Assembly (NCBI GenBank): GCA_963703225.1
Contig: OY969801.1
Location: 1-64,000, forward strand
Length of the DNA: 64,000 nt
Reading direction: 5' to 3'
Source: Candidatus Eiseniibacteriota bacterium
Lineage (GTDB): Bacteria; Eisenbacteria; RBG-16-71-46; SZUA-252
Made by a program: the position numbers and the translations under genes. Positions 1 to 9,458 of the stretch are shown piece after piece. The notes beneath the pieces were generated by a model. That model was given only the letters and a program-made list of their open reading frames with translations, was not told the DNA's origin and did not search any database. Numbering within the stretch: position 1 is the first letter of the stretch; every line of letters begins with the position of its first letter.

Positions 1-170
1 GCCGGCCGAGCAGGGGCGTTCCGATGGCAAAGTCCGGAGCACAAGCCCGTAACCACGGCCGTGAACTGGGTGCGCACCTCGCGCCCGTCCCACCGCTAAA
101 GCCAACCGACCCAACCCTAAGACTCGAAAAGGCACCACCGCCGCCGCCAACCACAACCGGCCGCGCGCGG

Positions 171-2859
171 ATGCGCCTCCCCCTGGGCACCGCCCTCGGC
201 CCCTACGAACTCACGGGCGCCCTGGGCGCGGGCGGGATGGGCGAGGTCTACCGGGCCCGCGATCCCAGGCTCCACCGGGACGTGGCCATCAAGGTGCTTC
301 CCCCGGCGTTCGCCGAGGACGACGAGCGTCTCCGGCGGTTCGAGCAGGAAGCTCGGGCCGCTGGGCTCCTCAATCACCCCAACATCGTGGCGATCTACGA
401 CTTCGGGACGCACGCGGGGGCGCCCTACGTGGTCTCGGAGCTGCTGGAAGGCGAGACCCTGCGCCATCGAATCGGCGGGCACGCGCTGTCGCCCCGGAAG
501 GCGGTCGACATCGCCATCCAGCTCATGCACGGCCTGGCGGCGGCGCACCATCGCGGGATCGTCCACCGGGACCTGAAGCCCGACAACATCATCCTCACCC
601 GCGACGGCCAGGTGAAGATCCTCGACTTCGGCCTCGCCAAGCTGACCCTCCCCGACCCGGGCGGGCAGGCGGTGAGCCGCTCGGCCACCTTCGGCATCGA
701 CACCGGGCCGGACGCGGTCTGGGGCACGGCCGGGTACATGTCGCCGGAGCAGGTCCGCGGGAAGCCGGTCGACTACCGCTCCGACCTCTTCTCCTTCGGC
801 GCCATCCTCTACGAAATGCTGTCGGGACGCCGCGCGTTCAAGGGCGACTCCCCCGCCGACACGACGAGCGCCATCTTGCGCGAGGATCCGCCCGAGATCA
901 CGGGCACGGGCCACGCCATTCCGCCCGCGCTGGAGCGGATCGTCCGGCATTGCTTGGAGAAGAACCCGGAGGAGCGGTTCCAGTCGGCGCGCGACGTCGC
1001 GTTCGATTTGGAGTCGATCACGGGGATTTCGGGGTCCAGTTCGTTGGCCATGCCGGGGACGGCGCCGCGGCGCGGGGTGCGGCGCGGCGGTCCGGGCGGG
1101 ACTGGTCGGCGCGGTCGCGTTGGCCGCGCTGGCCGGGACGTTCTGGCTGGGCTCGGCGGTGGTCGGCGGCCGGAACGGGACGGTTCCCGAGTTCAAGCAG
1201 ATCACGTTTGGCCGGGGCAACGTGTTGACGGCCCGCTTCTCCCCCGACGGGAGCACGATCGTCTACTCGGGCGCGTGGGACGGCGAGCAACCCAAGGTCT
1301 TCATGGCCCGCGCCGAGAGCCCCGAGTCCTGGGACGTGGGGCTCCCCGCGGCGGTGATCCAGTCGATCTCGCGCACCGGCGAGATGGCGGTCTCGGTGGG
1401 TCAAGCCAGCTCGAACGGAAAGTATCGATGGGGCACGATCGCGCGGATGCCCCTCGCGGGGGGAGCGCCGCGGGAAGTGCTGCAGAACGTGAGCGAGACC
1501 GCGTGGGACGGCCCGGGAACGCAAATGGCGGTGGTCCGGGACGAGGCGGGAAAGCGCCGCCTCGAGTACCCGCCGGGAACCGTTCTCTATGAGACGACAG
1601 GGCTCATCGAGGACATCCGGTTCTCGCCCGACGGGCGGCGGATCGCGTTCGTCGACCATCCTCTGGTCACGGACACGCGGGGCGCGGTGGCCGTGATCGA
1701 CGTGGCGAGCAAGCGGCGGACGGTGATTTCGTCCGGCTGGCTGGACGTGGACGCGGTGGCCTGGCACCCGGGTGGGAAGGAAGTGTGGTTCACGGCGACC
1801 AAGTCGGGGCTCGATCGGGCGTTGTATGCGGCGTCGATGGGCGGGTCGGTGCGCGAGATCGTCGCGATTCCGGGGTCGCTGACGCTCCAGGATATTGATT
1901 CGAAGGGGCGGGTGTTGCTGACGCGGTTGACCCAGCGGACGCGGATCCGGGCGATGGCGGGTGCGGCTGGCCGCGCTGGCGCGGTGCAAGTGGCTGGGGC
2001 GGGCGCTGGGGCGGCGGCGGGCGGGGGCACGTGGCGGCTCGGCCAAGGAGCGCGAGCTGTCCTGGTTCGACTGGGGCATGGTCCGCGACATCTCGCCCGA
2101 CGGCCGCCAGCTCTTGTTCGACGAGAGCGGCGAGGGGGGTGGGGATAAGTACGCGACGTTCCTGCGCGGGATGGACGGCGCGGCGCCGGTCCGGCTGACG
2201 GACGGCGCGGGGGCCGCGATTTCTCCCGATGGGAAGTCGGTGCTGGCGGTCGAGGTGGCCGATCTGCCCCGGTTGAAGTTGATCCCGGTGGGCGCGGGCG
2301 AGCCGCGGATGGTCTCGACGGATTCGGTGGTGATCGCGCGGGCGCGCTGGACCAACGACGGCGGATCGCTCCTGATTCGCGGCTATCGGCGCGGGGAGCC
2401 GGCACGGTGGTGGACCATGCCCGCGGGTGGCGGCAAGCCCACGCCGATCGAGAAGAGCGAGGACGCGGGCCGGTGGATCGCGAATTCGCCCGACGGCAAG
2501 TGGGTCGCGTTCATGATGAAGGGCGGGAAGATTCGGATCGCGCCGCTGGGGGTGGGGGCGGCGGGAGGCGGCCCCGCGAGATCGCATTCGCCGACACGAC
2601 GAAGGTCCGGGCGCCGATCCAGTGGAGCGCGGATGGTCGCTCCCTCTTCGCGGTGGAGCCGGGGATGGGCACCCCGATGCGGGTCTACAAGATCGACGTC
2701 ATGACCGGCGCGGAGTCGGTTTGGAAGGAGCTTCAGCCTCCCGACGCGACGGGTGTCGCGATGATTCCGGAAGTCGTGATCGCGCCCGACGGCAAGTCGT
2801 ACGCGTACTCGTTCACGCAGATGCTCGGAGATCTCTACCTGGCGACGGGGCTCAAATAG
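171..2859 (+). CDS. Ser/Thr protein kinase with C-terminal TolB/PD40-like beta-propeller (three frameshifts, probably sequencing errors)
   Basis: Hanks motifs [38 protein letters not shown]. Propeller repeats (FSPDG, ISPDG, WSADG) continue in ORFs 1120-2148, 1961-2704 and 2407-2859, ending [10 protein letters not shown]. Confidence 0.88.
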
Positions 2860-2890
2860 CTGCGGGGCCCGATAGGCCGCGGTCTGAAGT

Positions 2891-2919
2891 CGGTTCGCCC
2901 CCCACACTGGCCGGCTTCT
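2891..2919 (+). repeat. Direct repeat copy 1 flanking fic (CGGTTCGCCCCCCACACTGGCCGGCTTCT)
   Basis: Differs from 4366-4395 by one inserted base. Confidence 0.85.
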
Positions 2920-2994
2920 TCCCGGCCGTCGGCCCCGCCGCGCTGTTCGGGAGACCCGAGCGCCCGCCTCTCCTTCCCGACCGCCTCGGTCGCC

Positions 2995-3115
2995 ATTAAT
3001 AATTAACCACTAAATATTAGCGGCGAGCGACCCGATGAAGACCCGCCCATTGCGTTGCCACGAGCCCACTTAACTGCGCCCTTGACAAATTAATAATTAA
3101 GCTATAATTATTAAT
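2995..3115 (+). promoter_or_regulatory. AT-rich sigma70-type promoter/operator of fic
   Basis: TTGACA at 3082-3087 and TATAAT at 3103-3108 (15-nt spacer). Perfect inverted repeat ATTAATAATTA-N5-TAATTATTAAT at 3089-3115, plus an extra half-site at 2995-3005. Confidence 0.75.
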
Positions 3116-3167
3116 ATCAGCTGGGGCAATTAAGAGTTTCGACCTACGGGACGGGAGGTGATTCAAC

Positions 3168-4331
3168 ATAAAGCGCAACGCCACAGGCAGATACGAGGAA
3201 ACAAGCATCGGCGAGGAGCGGGTCATGGCGTTCGTGCCGGACCCCCTACCCCCCAATCCCCCGCTTGCCCTCCAGGGCAGGCTCCAAGGCCTGCTCGAGC
3301 AAGCCACCCTCGCAGTCGGCCGACTGGACAAGGGCGCGCGGATGCTCCCCGACCTGGCACCACTCCTCTATTCCTACGTTCGGAGGGAGGCGGTGCTTTC
3401 GTCCCAAATCGAGGGGACAGAGTCGTCGCTTTCCGATCTCTTGACCTTCGAGGCCGGTGGTGTGCCGGGTGTGCCGACAGTCGACGTCGTTGAGACGTCC
3501 AACTACGTCGCGGCTCTAGACCACGGAATCAAGCGATTGCGCGGCGGCTTTCCCCTCTCCAATCGCCTGATCCGCGAGGTTCACAAGATCCTGCTCTCGC
3601 GCGGGCGAGGTGGCCACAAGGATCCGGGCCACTTTCGGAGGACACAGAACTGGATTGGGGGAAGCCGGCCCGGAGATGCCCGATTTGTGCCGCCTCCACC
3701 CCAGCACGTCGAAGACTGCATGGCTTCGCTCGAGCGATTCCTGCACGGCGAAGGAACCGACTTGCCCGCGCTAGTCCGAGCGGGAATCGCACACGTCCAG
3801 TTCGAGACCATCCATCCGTTCCTGGATGGGAACGGCCGAGTAGGACGGGCACTGATCACGCTGCTGCTCTGCGCCGAGGGGGTTCTGAGAGAGCCGCTCC
3901 TCTACCTCAGTCTGTTCCTGAAGCGCAACCGCGCCGACTACTATGCGCTGCTCGACACCGTTCGCCGGGAAGGCGACTGGGAAGCGTGGTTGGAATTCTT
4001 CCTGGAAGGCGTACGCCAAACGGCCGAAGGCGCGATGAGCACGCTCGAGCGACTCGAGTCGCTGTTCGAAGAGGACAGGAAGAAGATCAGGCTCCAGGGA
4101 CGCAAGTCGATCTCTGCGCTCAGGGTCCATGATGCGTTGAAGGCTCGCCCCATCATCTCTCTGCAGGACGCGCGCAAGCGGTCGAAGCTCTCCTTCCCCG
4201 GCGCGGCCGCCGGAATGGAGCTGCTCGAGAAGCTCGGCATCGCTCGGGAAATCACCGGCCGACAGTGGAAGCGCCTTTACGCATACGAGCGGTACGTCGC
4301 CATCCTCAATGAGGGCGCCGAAGCCGAGTAG
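3168..4331 (+). CDS. fic: Fic family protein (class II, N-terminal inhibitory motif, C-terminal wHTH-like region)
   Basis: Canonical HPFLDGNGRVGR motif and inhibitory SSQIEG. The ORF track starts at ATG 3225, but SD GGAGGTG (3154-3160) precedes an in-frame ATA at 3168. Confidence 0.92.
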   Translation: MKRNATGRYEETSIGEERVMAFVPDPLPPNPPLALQGRLQGLLEQATLAVGRLDKGARMLPDLAPLLYSYVRREAVLSSQIEGTESSLSDLLTFEAGGVPGVPTVDVVETSNYVAALDHGIKRLRGGFPLSNRLIREVHKILLSRGRGGHKDPGHFRRTQNWIGGSRPGDARFVPPPPQHVEDCMASLERFLHGEGTDLPALVRAGIAHVQFETIHPFLDGNGRVGRALITLLLCAEGVLREPLLYLSLFLKRNRADYYALLDTVRREGDWEAWLEFFLEGVRQTAEGAMSTLERLESLFEEDRKKIRLQGRKSISALRVHDALKARPIISLQDARKRSKLSFPGAAAGMELLEKLGIAREITGRQWKRLYAYERYVAILNEGAEAE

Positions 4332-4365
4332 ACGGCCGGAGTCGGATGACCTCGTGCGGTTGGGC

Positions 4366-4395
4366 CGGTTCGCGCCCCCACACTGGCCGGCTTCT
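4366..4395 (+). repeat. Direct repeat copy 2 flanking fic (CGGTTCGCGCCCCCACACTGGCCGGCTTCT)
   Basis: Matches 2891-2919. Confidence 0.85.
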
Positions 4396-4426
4396 CTGCC
4401 GCACGCCGCCGTCGCCCTAGGCGGCG

Positions 4427-4846
4427 TCAAAAGAATCTGCGGAGGAACGCTCCCGTTTCATTTGAGATGCCGACGATCTTGTTCGTTGCCTGACGATAGA
4501 ATTTGAAGTTGAGCTCGGTTTCCGGTCGGCCGTCGTTCCAGTCGGAGTGCGGTTTGAGCTCGCTCCGCCCCAGGCGCCGCTTCGCGAGGGCGGTGCGTCT
4601 GATGGTAATGCTCACGCGCGGCGTTTGCCGGGCGATCACGCGTTTCTTTGCGATCGCTTTGGCCGAGGTGACGACGCCGATTGCGATGAGACCTTGCCCG
4701 CCTTCATTCTCGCTCGCGAAGACAAAGATCGTATCGCCTTTGGCGATGTGCTTGCCGCCGTACATCGTCTTCTGCGCAGCGAACTCGAACGTCTCCGTCC
4801 GCGGATCCCTAACCTCGGCTTTGATCGCGAACATCGTACTCCTCAT
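4427..4846 (-). CDS. Hypothetical protein (possibly PUA/EVE-like)
   Basis: 139-aa ORF with protein-like composition (KTMYGGKHIAKGDTIFVFASENEGG); GGAG upstream. The fold guess is inference. Confidence 0.7.
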   Translation of the reverse strand: MRSTMFAIKAEVRDPRTETFEFAAQKTMYGGKHIAKGDTIFVFASENEGGQGLIAIGVVTSAKAIAKKRVIARQTPRVSITIRRTALAKRRLGRSELKPHSDWNDGRPETELNFKFYRQATNKIVGISNETGAFLRRFF

Positions 4847-4915
4847 CTCCGCGGAACCGCCGACTAGCGGTTAGAGTCTGCCGCCCCGGCCACACACTCG
4901 CCTGGGGTGGCTCCT

Positions 4916-5491
4916 TCAGCCGATTCCGTAGATCATGCTCACACGTCCCCCTTGAAGCTGCTGAACCTTCTGCAGTTCGAACCCGCGACGACGTTCCGCC
5001 GTTTCAAAGAGCGCCTTCCCCTTACCGGCGATCACGGGATAGACAATGAGCCTGAGTTCATCCACCAGCCCGGCATCGATAAGGCTCGCCGCGGTTCGAG
5101 CACCCCCGACGAGGTAGATGTCCTTGCCGCGCGCCTGCTTCAGGGCAGCAACTTCTTCGAGCCCCCGGACGAAACTCGTCCTTGGCCAGATGGCCGACGT
5201 CAGGGTCCTCGACAGCACATAATGAGGAGTCTGCACGGCGAAGCGGGCGTACTCGACTTCATCGGGCGTCGGCACCCTGCCCGTCATCGAGAGAGGCTTG
5301 TCCGGCGCATTCCGTATCGCGGTCCAATATCCCTCGTAGCTTGGGTACATATGTGCCCCAAGCAAGCAGGCGTCGACCCGCGGCATCACGTCGTAGCTGT
5401 CAGCCCACGTTTCCACCCAGTCAGCGTAGCCGTCAGGCCCCTCAATCTTCCCATCCAAGGAAATCTTCATTCCAGCGATCAACTTCCGCAT
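4916..5491 (-). CDS. Dihydrofolate reductase family protein (RibD C-terminal domain)
   Basis: MRKLI..MKISLDG, YVLSRTL, GKDIYLVGG, GLVDELRLIVYPVIAGKGKALF. Confidence 0.9.
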   Translation of the reverse strand: MRKLIAGMKISLDGKIEGPDGYADWVETWADSYDVMPRVDACLLGAHMYPSYEGYWTAIRNAPDKPLSMTGRVPTPDEVEYARFAVQTPHYVLSRTLTSAIWPRTSFVRGLEEVAALKQARGKDIYLVGGARTAASLIDAGLVDELRLIVYPVIAGKGKALFETAERRRGFELQKVQQLQGGRVSMIYGIG

Positions 5492-5546
5492 GTCAACCTC
5501 CCCTCGACAATCCATGAGCGCGCCGCACGACCATAGCCCGGTGTCT

Positions 5547-6023
5547 CTAGCCCTCGATGCCGTGCTTGCTCGCAATTTGCTCGTTTTGGTTGGGCTGGCC
5601 CTTGCCCGTGTTAATCAGGCTGCGCAGGCTGCCATTGATGTAGATGCCCCAGGCGTCCGAGCAGACGCCGTAGCATTCGTAGGCCGGGACGAGTCCCGCG
5701 TGCGTGAAGCGAACTTCTGTCTTGTCGCCCTTCTTGGCGATTTCAAAGATAATGTCGGTGTCCTTCCACTCGCTCTTGTCTTTGACGAAGTTGAAGTAAT
5801 TGTCCACAACGTGCCATACAACCTTTTTGCCCGGAATGAGCTCGGCGACTCTGATGGTGCTGCGGTGGATGTCTTTGTAGTGGTACCGAAATTCACCGAG
5901 TTCGTCGGTCCTGCCCTCAATTTCTTCTGACCACCATCCGCGAGCGTTGTTGATGGCGGCGAAGGCTTCCTCCGGAGTGTTGTCAACCAAGAGAGTGATG
6001 GCGTAATCTTGATCGTGCTTCAT
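5547..6023 (-). CDS. SRPBCC/AHSA1 domain protein
   Basis: TPEEAFAAI..GWWS, ELIPGKKVVWHV, TEVRFTHAGL, ECYGVCSDAW..YINGSLRSLINTGKG. Confidence 0.88.
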   Translation of the reverse strand: MKHDQDYAITLLVDNTPEEAFAAINNARGWWSEEIEGRTDELGEFRYHYKDIHRSTIRVAELIPGKKVVWHVVDNYFNFVKDKSEWKDTDIIFEIAKKGDKTEVRFTHAGLVPAYECYGVCSDAWGIYINGSLRSLINTGKGQPNQNEQIASKHGIEG

Positions 6024-6199
6024 TGTAATCTCCCTTCTTCTTCGACATCTGTGCGCTTCTTTGCCGCCTCAGTGTGTGTCGCGGCCTCCTGTTGCCTTGC
6101 CAACGCGCTTCTCGGTGCGACCCGGAGATCGTTGGCCATGCGAGTATTCTGACGCGGGATGGTGCGAGCCGGGAGAGTGACAAGTGTGACGGGATTTCG

Positions 6200-7420
6200 A
6201 TGGACTCGCTGATCACGGCCGCGGCGCGTGCGCTCGCGGCAGGGGATCCCCTCGGCGCCTTGAAGCGGGTCGCCCTGCGCGACGACCCGCCGGCTCTCGC
6301 GCTTCGAGGCATCGCGATGGCGCAGCTCGGCGATCTCGCCCGAGCGAAGGTTCTACTGCGACGCGCCGCGCGTGCGTTCGGTCCGAGGGAGGCGGTGGCC
6401 CGCGCGAGGTGCGTCGTCGCCGAGGCCGAGGTCGCGCTCGCCTCGCGCGACCTGAGCTGGCCCGCGAAGGCGCTCGACGCGGCACGGGCGACGCTCGAGG
6501 AGCACGGCGACAGGGTGAACGCGGCGCACGCGCGGTATCTCGAGGTCCGGCGCCTCCTCCTGATCGGGCGCATCGATGAGGCCGAGCGCGCGCTCGCGAA
6601 GATCGACCCCGCGTCCCTCCCTCCCGCGTCGAGGACCGCCCACGAGCTGGTGGTCGCGGGGATCGCTCTGCGGCGCCTCCGCACGAAGGTGGCGCGCGCC
6701 GCGCTGGCCCGGGCCGATGGCGCGGCGCGTCACGCACGGATCCCGGCGCTGACGGCGGAGGTGGAGAGCGCGCTTCTCGTTTTGAGCACCCCAGCCGCGC
6801 GCCTGCTTGCGAGTGGCGAGGACCGACTCCTCTTGCTCGAGGAGGTCGAGACCCTGCTGGCGTCGAAAGCATTCGTCGTGGACGCTTGCCGTCATGTGGT
6901 GCGTCACGAAATCAAGGTGGTCTCGCTCGCAAGGCGTCCGGTCTTGTTCGCGCTCGCTCGCGCCCTGGGCGAAGCGTGGCCGGGGGACGTGCCGAGGGCA
7001 ACGCTTGTGGAGCGTGCGTTCGGGCTTAAGCTCGCCGACGAATCCCATCGCGGGCGGCTGCGAGTCGAAGTGGGGCGGCTCCGCAGGGCGCTCAGGACGC
7101 TGGCCGACGTGAGGGCGACGAAGCGAGGTTTTGCGCTGGCGCCGCGCCGCGCACGCAAGGTCGTCGTGCTGGCTCGGCCCGTGGAAGAGGAGCATGCGGC
7201 GGTGCTCGCCTTCCTTGCCGACGGTGAATCGTGGTCGAGCTCAGCCCTTGGGCTTGCGCTTGGAACGAGCCAGCGCACCGTGCAGCGGGCGATCGACTCG
7301 CTCGCGGCAGCAGGCAAGGTGCAGTCGTTCGGCCGCGGGCGGGCCCGTCGTTGGGTGACCCCGCCCGTGCCGGGATTCACGACGATCTTGTTACTCCCCG
7401 CTCCTCTGCCGATTGACTAA
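6200..7420 (+). CDS. Helix-turn-helix domain DNA-binding protein with helical N-terminus
   Basis: MDSLITAAARALAAGDPLGAL N-terminus, OmpR-like central region (RLRVEVGRLRRAL) and C-terminal HTH (WSSSALGLALGTSQRTVQRA). Confidence 0.8.
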   Translation: MDSLITAAARALAAGDPLGALKRVALRDDPPALALRGIAMAQLGDLARAKVLLRRAARAFGPREAVARARCVVAEAEVALASRDLSWPAKALDAARATLEEHGDRVNAAHARYLEVRRLLLIGRIDEAERALAKIDPASLPPASRTAHELVVAGIALRRLRTKVARAALARADGAARHARIPALTAEVESALLVLSTPAARLLASGEDRLLLLEEVETLLASKAFVVDACRHVVRHEIKVVSLARRPVLFALARALGEAWPGDVPRATLVERAFGLKLADESHRGRLRVEVGRLRRALRTLADVRATKRGFALAPRRARKVVVLARPVEEEHAAVLAFLADGESWSSSALGLALGTSQRTVQRAIDSLAAAGKVQSFGRGRARRWVTPPVPGFTTILLLPAPLPID

Positions 7421-7429
7421 AATGGCGGC

Positions 7430-8098
7430 ATGAGTCGATCAAAGGCCGAAATCGTCCGCGAATATGGCCCCTTTTCGGGTGCCGACCACGTGCATGGCGT
7501 CACGTATGACGGTCAAAACGTCTGGTTTGCTGCCGGAGACAAGCTGGTCGCCTTCGATCCCGAGAGCGGGAAGACGCAGCGCTCGATCGATGTCGCCGCG
7601 CATGCAGGAACGGCCTTTGACGGCCGGCACCTGTATCAGATCGCCGAGGATCGCATCCAGAAGATCGACCCGCAGACCGGCCGTGTGCTCGCCACGATCC
7701 CGGCGCCCGGAGGCGGCGGTGACTCGGGGCTCACGTGGGCCGAGGGGACGCTCTGGGTGGGGCACTATCGGGACAGGAAGATCCACCAAGTCGATCCCCA
7801 AACAGGCGCGATTCTCCGCACGATCGAGTCCAACCGCTTCGTCACCGGTGTCACGTGGGTCGACGGAGAGCTATGGCACGGCACCTGGGAAGGCGACGAG
7901 AGCGATTTGAGGCGAGTCGACCCTCGAACGGGAGAGGTTCTGGAGCGGCTCGAGATGCCGCCCGGAGTGGGCGTTTCGGGACTCGAGTCCGATGGCGGCG
8001 ATCAATTCTTCTGCGGAGGAGGCGGGACCGGGAAGGTGCGGGCCGTCCGCCGGCCAAAGCGAGGCTCCGCGAAGGGCTCGCCAGCGCTCTCGATCTAA
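7430..8098 (+). CDS. Glutamine cyclotransferase-like / PQQ-like beta-propeller protein
   Basis: Repeats GVTYDG, GTAFDG, GLTWAEG, GVTWVDG followed by IDPxTG. Confidence 0.8.
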   Translation: MSRSKAEIVREYGPFSGADHVHGVTYDGQNVWFAAGDKLVAFDPESGKTQRSIDVAAHAGTAFDGRHLYQIAEDRIQKIDPQTGRVLATIPAPGGGGDSGLTWAEGTLWVGHYRDRKIHQVDPQTGAILRTIESNRFVTGVTWVDGELWHGTWEGDESDLRRVDPRTGEVLERLEMPPGVGVSGLESDGGDQFFCGGGGTGKVRAVRRPKRGSAKGSPALSI

Positions 8099-8161
8099 CC
8101 CCTTTCGTCCCCTTAACCTAGCGGGCGCCCTCCAATCCACTCTCGCCCGTAACCCCGCCCG

Positions 8162-8170
8162 TGCTATAAT
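8162..8170 (+). promoter_or_regulatory. Extended -10 promoter (TGcTATAAT)
   Basis: Perfect TGnTATAAT about 110 nt upstream of the lipoprotein gene. Confidence 0.5.
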
Positions 8171-8279
8171 CTTGTAGCTCTTCTGAAGGCAGCCCCCAAG
8201 TCTCAAAGACCATCCGGTCCACACCTCCGACACCCGGCGGACCGCACAAGGGCCACCTTGGCCCCCATCGAAGGAGGCA

Positions 8280-9440
8280 GTGATGAATCGGAACGCAAAG
8301 ATCGCACTCGTTGCCCTGGCCGCCGTCCTGGCGGGCGCTGGCTGCTCCAAGGACAACGCGACCGCGCCGTTAACGGCGCCGACTCCACCCGCGAACGTTG
8401 GCGCCGCCCTCACGCCCGAGACCCAGGCGGGCCTCCAAACGATGCAGGCGGCGCTGGAGTCGCCCGCGTGGCAGAGCCTCGATGCGTTGAGCCTCGCCGG
8501 CCCGGGCGGCGCTCCTGTCGCGGCCGCCGTGAGGCCGATGCTGATGGGCGCTGCGGCAACGCCGAGCGCGGCCACCGCCGCTACCTCGTCGCTGGTGCGT
8601 GGCGTGGCCGACGCGCTGAAGCGCCAGGCTGCCGCCTCGCCCCAGGCCAAGGTGATTCCCGCCTCTGTTCTCGGCACCACTTACGTGTTCGATCCCGAGA
8701 AACATTGCTACGTTGCCGATCCGGACCGCACGGGCGCTCCGGAGAACGGCGTGCGCTACATCCTCTACGCCGTGAATCCCTTCACGCACGAGCCGGTGGT
8801 GAGCGCGGAGATCGGATACGCGGACCTGACGGACGAGGGCGACGACACGCCGAACGCGGCGGCGCTCCACCTCAAGGCCGTCTCGGATGACGTCACCTTT
8901 GTGGACTACGCGGTGTCGCTGGCCGGGTCGGAGGGCGCCGGCGAGATCAACGTGGAAGGCTCGTTCTTCGATGGAACCACGCGCGAAGCGTCGTCAACGC
9001 CATCCAGGGGGAAGCACCTTGCCTTCTCCATCCGCGCGCACGGCGAGCAGGTTGCGGCCGTTCAGTCTTTGACGGTGCGGTTCCGGCTCGGCGTTCCCGA
9101 GGACAACTTCGAGCTGACGAATGACGCGCACGCCGAGGCGTCGAACGGAAACGCGGTGGTGAATCAGTCGATCGCGATCGGCGATCACACGTTCGTGATC
9201 GCGAGCGCGCATACCGCCAATACCGTGGACGCGACGGTCACCATCGACGGCGCGGTCTTCGCCAAGATCCACGCGGACGCGAGCGCGTTGACCGTGGTCG
9301 GCGCGGACGGCGAGCCGCTATCGACGGAACAACGCGTCGGGTTATGGCGGCTTCTCGGTTTGTTCGACCACGTGTCGCGTGTGCTTCACTGCCTGCTCGT
9401 GCCTGTGTACGCGCTGTTCGCGCTGATTCCGCAAGCGTAG
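8280..9440 (+). CDS. Hypothetical lipoprotein
   Basis: SD GGAGG; signal peptide ending LAGAGC; 386 aa. Confidence 0.8.
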   Translation: MMNRNAKIALVALAAVLAGAGCSKDNATAPLTAPTPPANVGAALTPETQAGLQTMQAALESPAWQSLDALSLAGPGGAPVAAAVRPMLMGAAATPSAATAATSSLVRGVADALKRQAAASPQAKVIPASVLGTTYVFDPEKHCYVADPDRTGAPENGVRYILYAVNPFTHEPVVSAEIGYADLTDEGDDTPNAAALHLKAVSDDVTFVDYAVSLAGSEGAGEINVEGSFFDGTTREASSTPSRGKHLAFSIRAHGEQVAAVQSLTVRFRLGVPEDNFELTNDAHAEASNGNAVVNQSIAIGDHTFVIASAHTANTVDATVTIDGAVFAKIHADASALTVVGADGEPLSTEQRVGLWRLLGLFDHVSRVLHCLLVPVYALFALIPQA

Positions 9441-9458
9441 GGGACATCAGCTCGGCGC

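Noticed and set aside
2891..2919. GGTTCG in the direct repeat as a tRNA T-arm
   Set aside because: No cloverleaf, proper T-stem or acceptor stem can be built.
8093..8200. ATCTAAC at a stop codon resembling an integron attC R'' site
   Set aside because: No matching GTTRRRY or attC-like palindrome downstream, and no integrase in the window.
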